64,000 nt of DNA. Origin: Octopus sinensis. Its lineage: Eukaryota. Below the pieces are notes generated by a model. That model was not told the origin of the DNA. It made no database searches and worked only from the letters and a program-made list of their open reading frames with translations. This document shows positions 1-13,790 of this stretch, piece after piece. Made by a program: the position numbers and the translations under genes. Positions within the stretch are counted from its first letter, which is position 1. Every line of letters begins with the position of its first letter. The stretch covers positions 40,982,001 through 41,046,000 of the forward strand of contig NC_043015.1 of assembly GCF_006345805.1 (NCBI RefSeq), written 5' to 3'.

Positions 1-382
1 TTTTCTTTTTCATTTCAAAAATATATTTTTTGTAACTAATCAGTGTCATTTTTAATTTTTGTTGTCGTTTATTTTTAATTTCTTTTTTTTTTTCTTTTGC
101 ATTTAATATTTAAATTTTTTTTTTAAATATATTTTGCACTCTCTCACTTCTCACCTCCTACTCTCTCTTTCCCCTCTTCTTTTTATTCGTTTATTAAAAA
201 GTTAATTTATTGCTTTTTGCTTTCCTACTGCACATTTGCATCTAAGCGTCATGTGCAATCACTGCACTGTCGCCCCCATCAGCAACGACCACCACCACTA
301 CCACCTCCACTAATGTCATCTCAGGTGCTGGAGAAATCTCGTTTTCTCATTATTATTATTATTATTTTTATTATTATTATTA

Positions 383-644
383 GACAGAATGGTAAGCAGG
401 CTGGGGAAAACGCTTAGTGGTATTTCGTCCACCTTTGTGTTCTGAGTTCAAATTCTGTTGAGGTTGACTATGCCTTTCATCCTTCCAGAATCAATAAAAT
501 AAGTACCAGTTATGCACCGGGGTCAATATAACTGACTTACCCCTCCCCCCTCCGAAATTTCTGGCCTTGTGCCAAAATTTGAAACCATTAATTACTATTG
601 TAAACAGTTCTACTACACTATTATTTATTTTTATTATTATTATT

Positions 645-675
<31 letters not shown>

Positions 676-1740
676 GGGCTGTGAGCTGGCAAAATCGTTA
701 GCACACCGGACAAAATGCTTAGTGGTATTTCATCCATCTTTGTGTTCAAATCCTGCTCAGGTCGACTTTGCCTTTCATTCTTCCAGGGTCAAAAAAGCAA
801 GCACCAGTTGATTTAATCAACTCACCCAACTCCCTGAAAAATTTCAGGTCCTGTAGATTATTATTATTATTATTAAACGATTATTATTATTAATTTTATG
901 AAGATGGTGATTGGTGTAACTGGAATGTCAAGAAGGATGGTGGATGATAGAATCCATAGAATATCCGACAATGTCTTGCAGTATGTGGTTGCAAAACTTT
1001 TACTCCAAGTTCAAATCCTGCCAAAGTCGACTTGGTCTTTTGTCATTCCAGTGTTGATAAAATAAGGTACCAGTTAGATACTGGTGTCACTATAATTGAC
1101 CGAACCCTCCATTTTGTACCCTCGTGCTTATGTAAGGATCCAACAAAAAATAGGTAAAACATCAGAAAACTTGTCTTGAGTTAATTACCTCCCTTTACAG
1201 TGAGTTCAAACATAATCCAAGGTGAACTTTACCTTTCATTTTTCAAGAGGAGCAGGGATGTCCATATATAAACTACCAGTAATCCACTGGGGTCAACTAG
1301 GGGGTCACCTTTATCAAAATCTAAGGTCTTCTGCTGCTGTTAGAATTATTATTGTTTTACTTCTCGGAATGGTCGGATCTTGTTTGCTCTGGTAGATTCT
1401 GTGAGAGAGGACAGCAGCCTGTTGCCAGAGGTCCCACAGAGTCCCTTTCTGCACATTGATACTTGGTTGTTAATTATCATGGAAGACATTCAACATCCAT
1501 TTTATTATCATTATTATTATCATCATCAAGGTGACCAGCTGGTAGAATCGTTAGCATGCTGGGCGAAATACTTAGCGGTATTTCATATGCCACTACGTTC
1601 TGAGTTCAAATTCCACCGAGGTTGACTTTGCTTTCATCCTTTCAGGGTCGATAAATCAAGTACCAGTGAAATACTGGGGTCGATGTAATTAACTCATCCC
1701 CTCCCGCAAAATAGCTGCCCTTGTAGCAAAATTTGAAACC
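383..1740 (+). mobile_element. Cluster of about five tRNA-derived SINE family A copies (short, (ATT)n-associated subtype)
   Basis: Copies at about 383-587, 675-857, 960-1140, 1150-1345 and 1528-1740, with A-box TGGCAGAA, B-box GAGTTCAAAT and core GACTTTGCCTTTCATCCTTTCGGGGTCGATAAA. Confidence 0.8.
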
Positions 1741-2169
1741 ATCATTGTTATTATTATAATTTCTTGCAATTGGCAGGACTTATATAAATTTAAAATAACC
1801 TATATATATTAAATATATAATAATTACATGAGGGAGCCTTTGAGAAATAGCAGCTAAGTCCCCTTCATGTCACAGCCACCTTTCTTCAAAAGCAAAAGGA
1901 CATTATATAATATAGTCCAAGATGCATTGTGTCTGAAACGAAAAAGGCCCATCTCACACGCACTCACACAAAATCTGTTGGGGAAAGGCATGAATGACTC
2001 TATCGCATACCTCAACATCCTTATAACTTCCTGTTCTTGCGGTATAACTCTGATACCAAAAGTAATAGCGCATACCTTGCGTAAACGCCTACACACATGC
2101 ATAAATATATACATGTGTATGTGTGTGTATTATCATATATATATATATATTATAATAATAATAATAATA

Positions 2170-2345
2170 TGAGGGAATATTATTCCAAACTTACAGGGAA
2201 AAATTTAATTTAGAAATACTAAATCAAATTTCACAAAATATAATATATATATATATAAAAATTAGAAAAAAAAGCTACCTTTTATCAATTCAATAATTTA
2301 ATTTTTCATTATTGAATTGATAAAAGGTCGTTTTTTTCTAATTTA
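2170..2345. repeat. AT-rich fold-back interspersed repeat; inverted copy at 40590-40890
   Basis: gagggaatattattccaaacttacagggaaaaa...aaaaattagaaaaaaaa..ccttttatcaatt recurs reverse-complemented at 40770-40890; both copies contain an internal inverted repeat. Confidence 0.65.
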
Positions 2346-2919
2346 TATATATATATGTGTGTGTGTGTGTGAATGATAATTATTAGTGACAGAAGCATTA
2401 TTAGTATCAAAAGGTAATCTTTATATCCAACTTAATGTGGATGTCGTGTTGGAACATCAAATGCTGCACCATGCGTCCATAAGAAGGGATCTCTTAAGGC
2501 TAATAATGCAGTATTTGGTGTTCTAACAAAACGTCCGTATTAAGTGGAGTATGAATAATGTTTTTACTTTGGTCGAGTCAGTCTCTTGCTACTCTGAGTT
2601 TTGCCTAGGGTGCGCAGAGGGTGTTCAGTTCCATTGCACGGAACCTTGCGTGAGTGTCTGGTAGAATAAGAAGTAGGCTTGAAAAACAGTGGTCGGGGTC
2701 AATATGTTCATCTAAACCCTTCAAGACAGTGCCCCACCATGGCTGCAGCCCAGTGACTGCAGCAAATAAAAAATAAAAGGTACACACACACACACATTTG
2801 TGTGTTTGGAACAAATTAGCATAAAACTTTGATAGATTTCAACCCAGATCCTTAAGGATTTTAAAACAGGGAGCTTACATCATAGGGGCTGGGTTGGCTT
2901 CAAAAGGATAGCAGAACCA

Positions 2920-3322
2920 AAGGCGGCGAGCTGGCAGAAACGTTAGCACGCCGGGCGAAATGCTTAGCGATATTTCGTCTGCCATTACGTTCTGAGTTCA
3001 AATTCCACCGAGGTCGACTTTGCCTTTTATCCTTTCGGGGTCAATAAATTAAGTACCAGTTACACACTGAGGTCGATGTAATCGACTTAATACCTATGTC
3101 TGTCCTTGTTTGTCCCCTCTATGTTTAGCCCCTTGTGGGTAGTAAAGAAATAGGTATTTCGTCTGCCATTACGTTCTGAGTTCAAATTCCACCCAGGTCG
3201 ACTTTGCCTTTCATCCTTTCGGGGTCGATAAATTAAGTACCAGTTACGCACTGGGGTCGATGTAATCGACTTAATCCCTTTGTTTGTCCCCTCTGTGTTT
3301 AGCCCCTTGTGGGCAATAAAGA
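2920..3322 (+). mobile_element. Young SINE-A (long-tail subtype) plus a tandem 5'-truncated copy
   Basis: Full copy 2920-3153; second copy 3152-3322; imperfect TSD aaagg.t.gcagaaccaa. Confidence 0.88.
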
Positions 3323-3973
3323 ACTAAAGGGTTGCAGAACCAATCATATTGCTAACAGGTATGGGTGGGCAGAGTCTTTTAATTCTGTGACATGATTGGA
3401 TCCGGTTAATGTTTTTTTTTTCTTTAGCATTCAATGAAAAGTTCCTATCTTGCTCTTTCTTGACCTGACCCAGTTGGTAAGCAACTGGTTTTCTTGATTC
3501 AAAGCCAGGTTGCTGCCAAAAATGTATGAATAGAAACACAAAAAATAGGTTGTTTGTCCAAAAACCTCAAATTTTATTTATAAAAGTCTACACATGGACG
3601 CACAGAGTTAGCTTTGAAATGATGAATGAAAGAGAAATTTTACAACCCCCACCACCATCAGCCCAGGAAATAATCCAGACACAAAAGAAACAAAATTATT
3701 GAAATAAACAAAGGCAAATAAAATAAAACCGATTAGATTGTAGAAGACATATGTTAGCCATTGAAAGACACACAAAGATTCTTAATGACCAGGTGACAGA
3801 AACATTTTGACACCAAATAATGTTTTAAGTAAAGGTAGCAATTTTCATGTGTGGATAATATGCGTCTTCCATGCTGTAGATGTTTTAGTTTCAACATGTG
3901 GTCTCGGATCAAATAACTTGCCTGGCAAGTACAACTCTGTGAATAGAATAGAATAAAAATAAAAAAATAAAAT

Positions 3974-4871
3974 CTTTTCATAATTTTTATGAACTGGATT
4001 GACATGTGTAGCTATTGTGGAATTAGTATCACAATTGGTTGGTTTAGGATCAGACAACTGATATATACAAATGACATGGTGCTATTTGGCTCATCAGAAG
4101 CGGTGATCCCCAGTGTGCACTGAATGGGTTCACTGCTGAGTGTTGCAAGGTTAGCATAAGAATCAATGTTACAAAGATCAAGACAACTGTCCCCTTAAGA
4201 AGGTCTTCCCTGTGCACCTTGTATGTTAATGAAACATCACTGAGACAAGTGGGAGAAGTTTAAAGTTTTTCAAGGTTGTATTCAGGAGGGACTGGAAGTA
4301 GGCGGCTGAATTGGATGCTGGAAATTCAGGTTCTGTCAAAGTAACATACCAGTTGCTGCATTCCATCCTCAGAAGAGAAGTGGTTTGGTTAAAAATCTAA
4401 CCTCACTGTCTTCAATTTGGTTTTCATTTCTATCCTCGCTTATGGTCATGAATGTGAACTAGAGCGTGATTGCAAATACAGGTGGTCAAAACAGGGTTTC
4501 CCCTGCAGGATCTCTGGAGTAACGTTATTCAACAGGTTGAATAGCTCAGGGGTCAGAGAGTGTCTCCAGATGAACCCATCACTACTGCTCTGTAATGAGA
4601 GGTCACTGTTCCGATACCACAGACAGGGGATTAGAATGTCACAGAAAATAATCACAAGACAGATACTTCAAGCTGAGCCAACTGGCAGGGGACGTAGGGG
4701 TGTAGACTAAGGATGGGATGGTTGGATAACATCCATTGTCTCAGTCATGCTAGGGAATCCAGCTGGGAAGAGTCCAATGAGGGTTGCTTCTGATAAGAGT
4801 GTGAAGTGCCTGAGGACTTTTACCCCACAATCCTTCCAGGAGCGTGGGCTGAGAAAATAGATGAATGAATG
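3974..4871 (+). mobile_element. Decayed RTE-clade LINE, 3' fragment (RT motif C to C-terminus)
   Basis: LFIIFMNWID...LIYTNDMVLF (degenerate YADD), FTAECCKVSIRINVTK, ILAYGHE, RISGVTLFNRLNSSGVRECL, QAEPTGRGRRG, with stops and frameshifts; ends in GAAAATAGATGAATGAATG, like RTE (Rex3/Expander-type) tails. Confidence 0.82.
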
Positions 4872-5999
4872 CAAAATCTTGTTTCTAGAAACTTCAGCCA
4901 ATATTTAGACTCCTTGTTTCTCTTCAGCCTATGACCAATATCCCAGTATATGGTTACCATGGTTACTTTAGGAGCTCTGGTGGGGGTGGGGATATTGCAT
5001 AACAAAACAAGGAAAAGCAAAAATTCATTAAATATTTTTATGTATTATTCTGCAGTATTTTTTAATGTATTTTTTATGAGGTATTCTTCCAGCTCTTCAC
5101 ATTTTAAGTTCAGATTTTGTCACGGTCAACTTAGCTTTCTATTGTTCATTCTGAGTCCATTAAATAAAGGACCAGTGAAATACTAGGCACAAATGTACCA
5201 ACTCCACTTTCCTCAAAATTACTGGCTTTTTGCCAAAAGTAGAAAAAAATTTTAACATATAAGTTCAAATTCTGCTGAAGTCAACTTTGCCTTTCATCTT
5301 TCTAGGGTCGATAAAATAGGTACCAGTTGACTACTGGGGTCCATGTAATCAGTTACGTCCCTACCACAAAGTTTCAGGCCTCATGCCTATAGTAGAAAGG
5401 ATTATTATTATTATCTCTGCTATTATTTGGGTCTTGAAGGTCCTGTTTTCTACTGGGTAGAGAGGTAGAATTTGAACTCACAACTTAAGGATTCACAATA
5501 GATACAACAAGGCTTTAACAATCTACCAACTTTTACTAGTACTTTTACTTTTATTTTATCAACTCCAGAAAGACAAAAATCAATGGTGACTTTGGTAGGA
5601 TTTGAACTCAGAACATAGAAAATAAGAAACAAGACATTGTTATCTGATGCTCTAACATACTGGCTCTCCACCATTTTAATATCTGGGTCAGATCCAAAAA
5701 CTGAACCTTTTTAGGGGTCAGACCTAAAAATTATTGATATTTTTAGAGGGATGACTGTCAGAGGCTGCTGGAAGGGTGGTTGAGGGCATCCACATGCGAC
5801 CCTGAGAGCCAGGGTTAAGAACCACTTCTCTAAGAACTCTGTTAACTCACTGACTTTAAATAACAACCAGCAAAGTGTCATTCCAAATAGAATCGATTCT
5901 ATCTCTTGCGAACAATTTCTGGATGTTTGTGACAATGTAGGATTCAATAACCACTTTAAGGTGTCATAGCACGAGAATAAATAGCAAACAAATGCTGCA

Positions 6000-6530
6000 A
6001 TATTTTGGTACATCCATTCCACCGAGGTCGACTTTGCCTTTCATCCTTTCAGAGGTCGATAAATTAAGTACCAGTTGTGTACTGGGGTCGATCTAATCGA
6101 CTGACCCCACCCTCCCCCAAAATTTTGGGCTTTTGCCTAGAAGAGAAGAGAATATTTTGGTACATCCATTCCACCGAGGTCGACTTTGCCTTTCATCCTT
6201 TTGGAGGTCAATAAATTAAGTACCAGTTGCGTACTGGGGTCGATCTAATCAACTGGCCCCCTCCCCAAAAATTTTGGGCTTTTGCCTAGAATAGAAGAGG
6301 ATATTTTGGTACATCCCCAAGGCGGTGAGCTGGCAGAACTGTTACCCCACCAGACTAAATGCTTCGCAGCATTTCATCTGTTTTTACGTTCAAATTCCAG
6401 AAAGGCCGAATTTGCCTTTGACCCTTTCGGGGCTAATAAAACAAATATCAGTTGGGCACTGGGATCAGCATAGTCAAGTTGTCGCCACCAAACAATTGCT
6501 GGGTCCTTGCGCCAAAATTTGGACCCAATA
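6000..6530 (+). mobile_element. Two tandem truncated SINE-A copies separated by a 16-bp repeat, followed by a full SINE-A
   Basis: atattttggtacatcc at 6000, 6152 and 6301 brackets two near-identical SINE 3' halves. Confidence 0.85.
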
Positions 6531-7056
6531 TTTTGGCAAAGCCCTTATAAAGTTTCAGATCGGTGTACAAACTAGTAGGTGGGGGGGGCAATTTTATTGG
6601 CCCTTCCTTCTCTCTCCCCTTAAAACATAAGGTGGTCGCATACCAATGTATGGAAATGATTTGAAAGGGTGGTGGCAGGACATTGCAGTGTTGGAGACTG
6701 ATAAATGACACTACATCACATAGGTTTGGTTTTACAAACAGAAGTGAAATCCAGTCTAAACCCAGAATATCTATATATATATATATATTTTTTTTTTGTG
6801 TGTATTAATTGAGAAGTTGTGGGAGTAACTTCCCCACCGCATATAACTGGTACTCTATACACACATACACACACATGGATACATTCAATATATCTGTGTG
6901 TGTGTGATATGTAATAACTTCACCCATTACATTTTGAAAAGCAAGAAATTTTTAAAAAATACAACTTATAAATTGTCGATATTGTATTAACATAGATGTC
7001 ACTCGTGTCAGAAGAAATATTAAAGCACCAAACTAGAATACTTATAATATATCATC

Positions 7057-7162
7057 TTCTCTCTATCTCTCTCTCTCTCTCTTCTCTCTCTCTCTTCTCT
7101 CTCTCTCTTCTCTCTCTCACTCTCTTTCTTTCTCTCTCTTTCTTTCTCTCTCTCTCTTTCTT

Positions 7163-7259
<97 letters not shown>

Positions 7260-7602
7260 GAGTTAAAACACTGCCAGATCAGTTTTTGCTTTTCTTCCTT
7301 CTAATGGATGGGGGAACAGTTAATCAGATGAATACCAGTAATACACTGGGAGGAGGAGGAGGAGGAGGTGGTGGTGGTTGAAGCGATGTATTTCCAGGTA
7401 CATTAGATTTTTGGACAAAACACATGTACATATATATTATATACACCTTCACACATCCATACACATATTTATCAACACACACACACACACATACATACAC
7501 AATCTCTTGTTTACACACACATTCTCACACTTAAACTAACATATTAAGACATACATGCATGCATACACACACACACACTGTTTCACATACTTATACATTG
7601 TC

Positions 7603-7635
<33 letters not shown>

Positions 7636-7946
7636 ATATAGTCACATAACTTATCTCTCTCACGCACATATATATTATGCATGCACACGCACACATGCAC
7701 ACACACGTACATACGCATCCTCACACATATGCACTATTGTGATAAGATAAAATATTTTTTTTTATATTTTACCAAAAAAAATTAAATGGAAAAAAAAACA
7801 AGAAAAACAAACCTAAAAGTATTGTGATAACGAGATCATTAAACATTTTTAATTGTAATTTTTTTTTTGTATTTTTTCACACTTTACTAATTTATCCTTA
7901 TTTCATTTTTTTGTCTTCTCCAAAAGAAAAAAAAACTCTATATATA

Positions 7947-7991
<45 letters not shown>

Positions 7992-8017
7992 CATATAATT
8001 TCTAACATGAGGTCGCT

Positions 8018-8067
<50 letters not shown>

Positions 8068-8130
8068 TACAAAGGTAATAATAATAATAAAGACAATAAT
8101 AATTACTAAGATAATAATAATAAAGATAAT
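7057..8130. repeat. Compound microsatellite block: (CT)n, (CA)n, (GGA/GGT)n, (TA)n, (TAA)n
   Basis: Directly visible. Confidence 0.95.
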
Positions 8131-8788
8131 GATAACTACAATAAAAATATTTATTATAATTGATAATGATTAATTTATTGGTATATGTGTTGCATCATCA
8201 TCATCATCATCGTTGTCATCATTTTAATCTCTGCTTTTTCATGCTGGCCTGGTGGTTAGTGTGTTGCACTCGTGATTGTCAGATCACGGGTTCGATTCCC
8301 AGACCAACCAGGGGGTGTGGTGTGTTTTTGAGCGAAACATTTCATTTCATCTATAAATTAGTGACCCTGAAATGGACTGACATTCCATCCAGGGTGGCCA
8401 TCTTGTGATCTCAGTCGCTTGTATACAATGGTTACCGGATAACCGGCCCCCGCGAGCCCAAGGACCTGAGTCAGTAACGTCCAGGGCTTGATGATGATGA
8501 TATGGAGGAGGATTTCCATGCTGGCATGTGTTGGGTGAGACTTTTTGCAGCAATGTTTCACAGCTGTATGCTCATCCTGATGTCAACCCCTTTTTAGTCT
8601 TTTACAACACAAAAGTGATCCCTTATGTATTGCCTTTGTGACAAATATGTGTCCATAAAGTCTGGACACATGGAAATACCGATAATATTCTTGTTTTTCT
8701 TTCTTTATTTTCTTCACAGATTAAATATGAGCTTTTCATTTTCACTTATGTATTCCAACTTTATGGCCACCTTTTATATATGCAGGGT

Positions 8789-8826
<38 letters not shown>

Positions 8827-8839
8827 CTGTATGTGTGTA

Positions 8840-10640
8840 CAGTAGTAGAATGGTTTAATAGACTAAAATAAGTATTGCAGTATTTTGATCTCTGTATTCT
8901 AATTTCAAATCACAGGGTTGACTGAACTTTTTTTCTTAGTTGATAAATGTAACATACCAGTCATAAACTGATGTTCATGTAATAGACTATAAAACTGTAG
9001 CTTTATGCCTATATTAGAGAAACCGTTGGCAGTAGATTGGCCAAACCATTAAAGTGGTTGACAAAATGCCTAACAGCATTTCTTCCAATTTTTTAGGCTC
9101 TCAGTTGAAATTCACCCTTTCGGAATTGATAAAGTACCATTTAAGTACTAGGGGTTGAAATAACCAATTTGCCACCTTCCTTTAAATTGCTGACCTTCTG
9201 CCAAAATTTGAAACCATCATTATTATTATTATTCTTGCAGTGAGCTGGCAGAATCATTAGCATGCCAGGCGAAATGCTTAGTGGTATTTTACCCACAGCT
9301 ACATTCAGAGTTCAAATTCCATGAAGTTCGACTTAGCCTTTCATCCTTTCAGGGTCAATAAATTAAGTACCAGTTGCGTCTAATCGACTGGCCCCACTTC
9401 CCAAAAATTTCAGGCCTTGTGCCTATAATAGAAAGTATCATTATTGTTATTATTATTATTATCTTCATCATCATCATCATTATTATTAAGATGGCAGGCT
9501 GGCAGAATTGTTAGCATGCCGGCCGAAATGCTTAAAAGTATTTCGTCTGCCGCTACGTTCTGCGTTCAAATTCCACCAGGGTTGATAAATTAAGTACCAG
9601 TGAGATACTGGGATCGATGTAATCGACAGCCCCCCTTCCCTAAAATTCCAGGCCATGTGTCTTTAGTAGAAATTATTATTATTATTATTATTATTATTAA
9701 GGCAGCGAGCTGGCAGGATCGTTAGCACGCCAGGCAAAATGATTGGTAGTATTTTGTCTGCTGCTATGTTCTGAGTTCAAATTCTGCTGAGGTTGACTTT
9801 GCCTTTCATCCTTTCAGGGGTCGATGAAATAAGTACCAGTTACGCACTGGGGTCAATATAATCAACTAGCCCCCTTCCCCCAAAGTTTTCCTAGGCCAAG
9901 AAATAATAATAATAATAATAATAATTATTATTATTATTATTATATTATTATTAAGGCAGCGAGCTGGCAGGATCGTTAGCACGCCAGGCAAAATGATTGG
10001 TAGTATTTTGTCTGCTGCTATGTTCTGAGTTCAAATTCTGCTGAGGTTGACTTTGCCTTTCATCCTTTCAGGGGTCGATGAAATAAGTACCAGTTACGCA
10101 CTGGGGTCAATATAATCAACTAGCCCCCTTCCCCCAAAGTTTTCCTAGGCCAAGAAATAATAATAATAATAATAATTATTATTATTATTATTATTATTAA
10201 GGCAGTGAGCTGGCAGAATTGTTTGTACACCGGACAAAATGCTAAGTGCCACTTTGTGTGTCCTTACGTTCTGAGTTCAAATTCTGCCGAGGTCGACTTT
10301 ACTTTTCATCCTTTTGGGGTCAATAAATTAAGTACCAATGAAACACTGGGGGGGGGGGGTCGATGTGATTGACTTATCCCCTCTTCCAATATTTCAGGCC
10401 TTGTGCCTTTATTAGAAAGGACTATTGTTTTATTATTATTTGGAATGGTGTCAGGAAAAAAATACTTTGCAGTATTTGTTCTGGCGCTTTCCATTCTGAG
10501 TTCAAATTCTGCCAAAGACAGCTTCGCTTTTAATCCTCCTGGGTTTGGTAAAAGTACAGGGACTGACTTAAACAACTAACCCCTACTCTAAGATTAAAAG
10601 TAAGCAAAAAAAATAAGATCTGTGACCATGTGCCTCTATT
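8840..10640 (+). mobile_element. Head-to-tail chain of about eight SINE-A copies linked by (ATT)n/(AAT)n
   Basis: Copies start at about 8840, 9028, 9237, 9488, 9699, 9953, 10199 and 10445; 9699-9903 and 9953-10157 look identical. Confidence 0.82.
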
Positions 10641-11519
10641 AGAAATTATATTTTGTGTTACCTTAATTCTACATCGATGAAATTCTTTAAGATTTTGTTT
10701 TCTGTAAACGAACTTCAACTTTCTTGAGTTTTTTTTTTTTTTCTAATTGTCTATTTTTTTTTTTTATTCTTCCATTCTTCTGTCAATTGTGAAAAAGACT
10801 TTGCAAGTGAGAGGTATCAGCTGGCAAAACAAAAACAAAAAAAATTACAAAAAAAAAACAAACAACAACAACCTTGAAAATACCAGAAAATATTATCACA
10901 ATGGATTTCCTATTTAAGGTGCTGGACTTAGGGGCCGATTCTGCTGCTGGTTCTTAAGAATAAATGTTCCTTTTTAACCATTGTCTCTGTTCCAACCTCC
11001 CACCCCACACCCATCCATTTTGACTACCCCCCACCCCTTACTTCACATTTCCCTATTTAACAAGTAGAAACGATATCCAGCTATTAAGAAACAAAATAGC
11101 AGAAAATAACAAAAAAAAACAGCTGAATCCCTTGTCCACATAAGACGGGGTGGGGATTCTTTGTATGCAACAATGTAAAAAAAAATTATATAAAACAGTA
11201 AAAAAAAATAGTAAAAACCATTGAAAAGACAAAAGCCTCCCACCTACCCCACCACTCCATTTTTTTTTTGTCTTTCATTGTTTTTTATTTCATTTTATTT
11301 TATTTTAATTTAATTTTTTTTTTTTTACCATTTTTTTTACCATTCCATATTTTTCTGTGTAGGAATATTTTGATGTCTCATTTTGTATTATAATAATTTT
11401 AAAACTAATTTTTAATTAACAATATTGTTTAATTAATAATATTTGATTTCTTACATTGTCAGACAAGATACAAAATTAATAAAGGAGATAGGTAAAAATT
11501 AGTCGATTGGTGCCCAGTA

Positions 11520-11720
11520 TCTGAGGTGTGTTCAAAAACTATCTGACACCTTCGGCCATAAAAAAGACAATTTTGTACATTTCCCAAATTTTATTTAATC
11601 ACCTTCAGAATAACCCGCTTAACGAGCTCCCAGCAGTTCTACCACTGCTGGCAACACCTCTGGAATGGTAAGGGGCTTCACCATCGCTTTTCTAGCTGCA
11701 AAATCGCCCTCAAACCACAC
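11520..11720. mobile_element. Possible mariner terminal relic
   Basis: tatctgaggtgtgttcaaaaactatc resembles TA-CGAGG.GTGTTCAAAAA mariner termini; I did not find the second end. Confidence 0.3.
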
Positions 11721-12865
11721 CTTATAGATAATGTAATTCTGGAGAATGGGGGCAGTTATCATTCAGTCTGGAAGGAAGGGACAGTGTCCATGACCATTTT
11801 ACGGGGTCTCTGAGACTGGGGAGGGGTAGAGAGTAAGAGATCCAGAAACCAGGGATCTGGCCCGAATGCTTGCAACAGACAGGCTTCCACCAAAGACACC
11901 CAGGGTGCTAAGGTGGTGGTGTTAAACCAAGCAGTGGATCATGTCCCCCACCCACGTAGGCTATACCAGGATTTGAACTCAGAATGCAAAAACCCAGAAC
12001 AAATATTGCTAGGCATCTCCTCTGACATTTCCCCCTTTTCACTATCCTCAACCGGTTCTTTAATTAAACTGTATCTGGAAAAATAGGCAGGATAGTCATG
12101 CTTAGAGTGACTTAGGTCATAGACACTAGCTTGATTAAGATTAACCTAGGGCTAGACATCACCAGTTTCAAATCAATATATCCTCTGCACTTCCAACCAT
12201 GCCATTCACATCTGTTACTTTGTTAATATTTAACAAATGTAAACCTGGCACTCCCATCAGTGGAACAGCCTGCTCATGAAATTAATGTACAAGTGGCTGA
12301 GTGCACCACAGATATGTGTACCCATAATGCAGTTCACAGGGAGATTCAGTGTGACAAGGCCACTCATTTTTGCCAGCTGAGTGGACTGGAGCATGTGAAA
12401 TAAATTGTCTTGACAAGGGCACAACAAACCACCTGGAATTGAACTCAGGACCTTAAAATTTTGAGCTGAATGCTCTTAAGCCACATGCCTTCACTTTATT
12501 AACAAATATGCTGTGACAGAAATGGTACAGCATCTAGCTGTGTCCCTTTATGCTGTAAGTTCAAATCACTCTGCTGGTGTCACCATGGGGCTGGATATCC
12601 CTATACTTTTCAAAAGCTGGACCTCTCCCCCTTCATCCATTGTTTGTTTGTTTCATCTGTTTTGTCAACTAATGTTTGCATATCATAACTCGTTAAATAC
12701 TCACTTAATGATCTCAATAATTAAGGCAAGTTTTTATTATGGTGATCCCACAGCATTCTGAGTGAAGCCCCGTATTTTGTATCACACACAAGTCCCTTTG
12801 AGAAGTTTCTCTGAGACTAGATATCACAGCTACTACCACAACACATTTACCCTTTTTTTTTTGCT

Positions 12866-13143
12866 TCTTGTTTCAGTCATGTGACTGTGGCCATGCTGGA
12901 GCACCGCTTTTAGTCGAGCAAATCGACCCCCAGGACTTATTCTTTGTAAGCCTAGTACTTATTCTATCGGTCTCTTTTGCCAAGGATATAAATACAGCAG
13001 CATCGGTTGTCAAGCAATTTTGGGGGAACAAACATAGACACACACAAACATATTTATATACATATATATATATACAACGGGCTTCTTTCAGTTTCCGTCT
13101 GCCAGATCCATTCACATGGCTTTGGTCGGCCTGAGGCTATAGT
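12866..13143 (-). mobile_element. tRNA-derived SINE family B, 5'-truncated
   Basis: Reverse complement of the family-B 3' half (gactaaaggcggtgctccagcatggcc.cagtca.atgactgaaacaag). Confidence 0.85.
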
Positions 13144-13156
13144 AGTTATTATAGTT

Positions 13157-13790
13157 AAGGTGGCAAGCTGGCAGAATTGTTATGTCTGTCTTCACATTCT
13201 GAGTTCAAATTCCGCCGGGGTCGACTTTAGCTTTCATCCTTTCAGGGTCGATAAAATAAGCACCAGTTATGCACTGGGGTCAATGCAATCAGCTTAATCC
13301 CTTTTTCCAAAATTTCATGCCTTGTGCCTACAGTAGAAAGGATTATTATTATTATTATTATTATTAAAGAATTTTAGATTGGTTGAATAACTGATGTTGG
13401 ACAAAATACCTGGTAATGTTTTTTCCAGCACTTTTTTTATTTCTGAGTTCAAATCTCAGTGAAGTCACTGTTGCCCTTCACCCCTCCCGGGTCAGAAAAG
13501 TCAAGTGCTGGAGTCAAGGTCATAGCCTACCCCGAACCCTTTCTTTCAAATATATCAGGCCTTCTGCTTATACTAGAAGCAAGTATTATTAACAGCAGCA
13601 GTGAGGTGACAATCAGTGGCACACCCGACAATCAAGATGCCTGATTTCAAATCCTGCCAAGGGTGAAGTTTTTACTTCTAATTGTTCCAGGGTGGGCGGG
13701 TGGTGGGGTTGATAAAATAAGCGTCGGGGTCAGTACAATCAGTTATATCCCTCTCTCCCTCATCCCAGATGTCTGTCCTTGTGCCAGGAA
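13157..13790 (+). mobile_element. Three tandem SINE-A copies of increasing decay
   Basis: SINE-A core motifs at about 13157-13342, 13361-13580 and 13590-13790. Confidence 0.7.

Noticed and set aside
2920-3010. tRNA genes at SINE heads (all families)
   Set aside because: A/B-box-like motifs are present, but there is no closable cloverleaf and each runs into a SINE body.
6996-7750. ORFs such as poly-ER, poly-SL, poly-P and MDGG...G10
   Set aside because: They are products of (CT)n, (CA)n and (GGA)n microsatellites with no splice or homology support.
10895-10960. MDFLFKVLDLGADSAAGS* resembling a Rab N-terminus
   Set aside because: It stops after 18 codons, lacks the GxxxxGKS/T P-loop and has no donor site.
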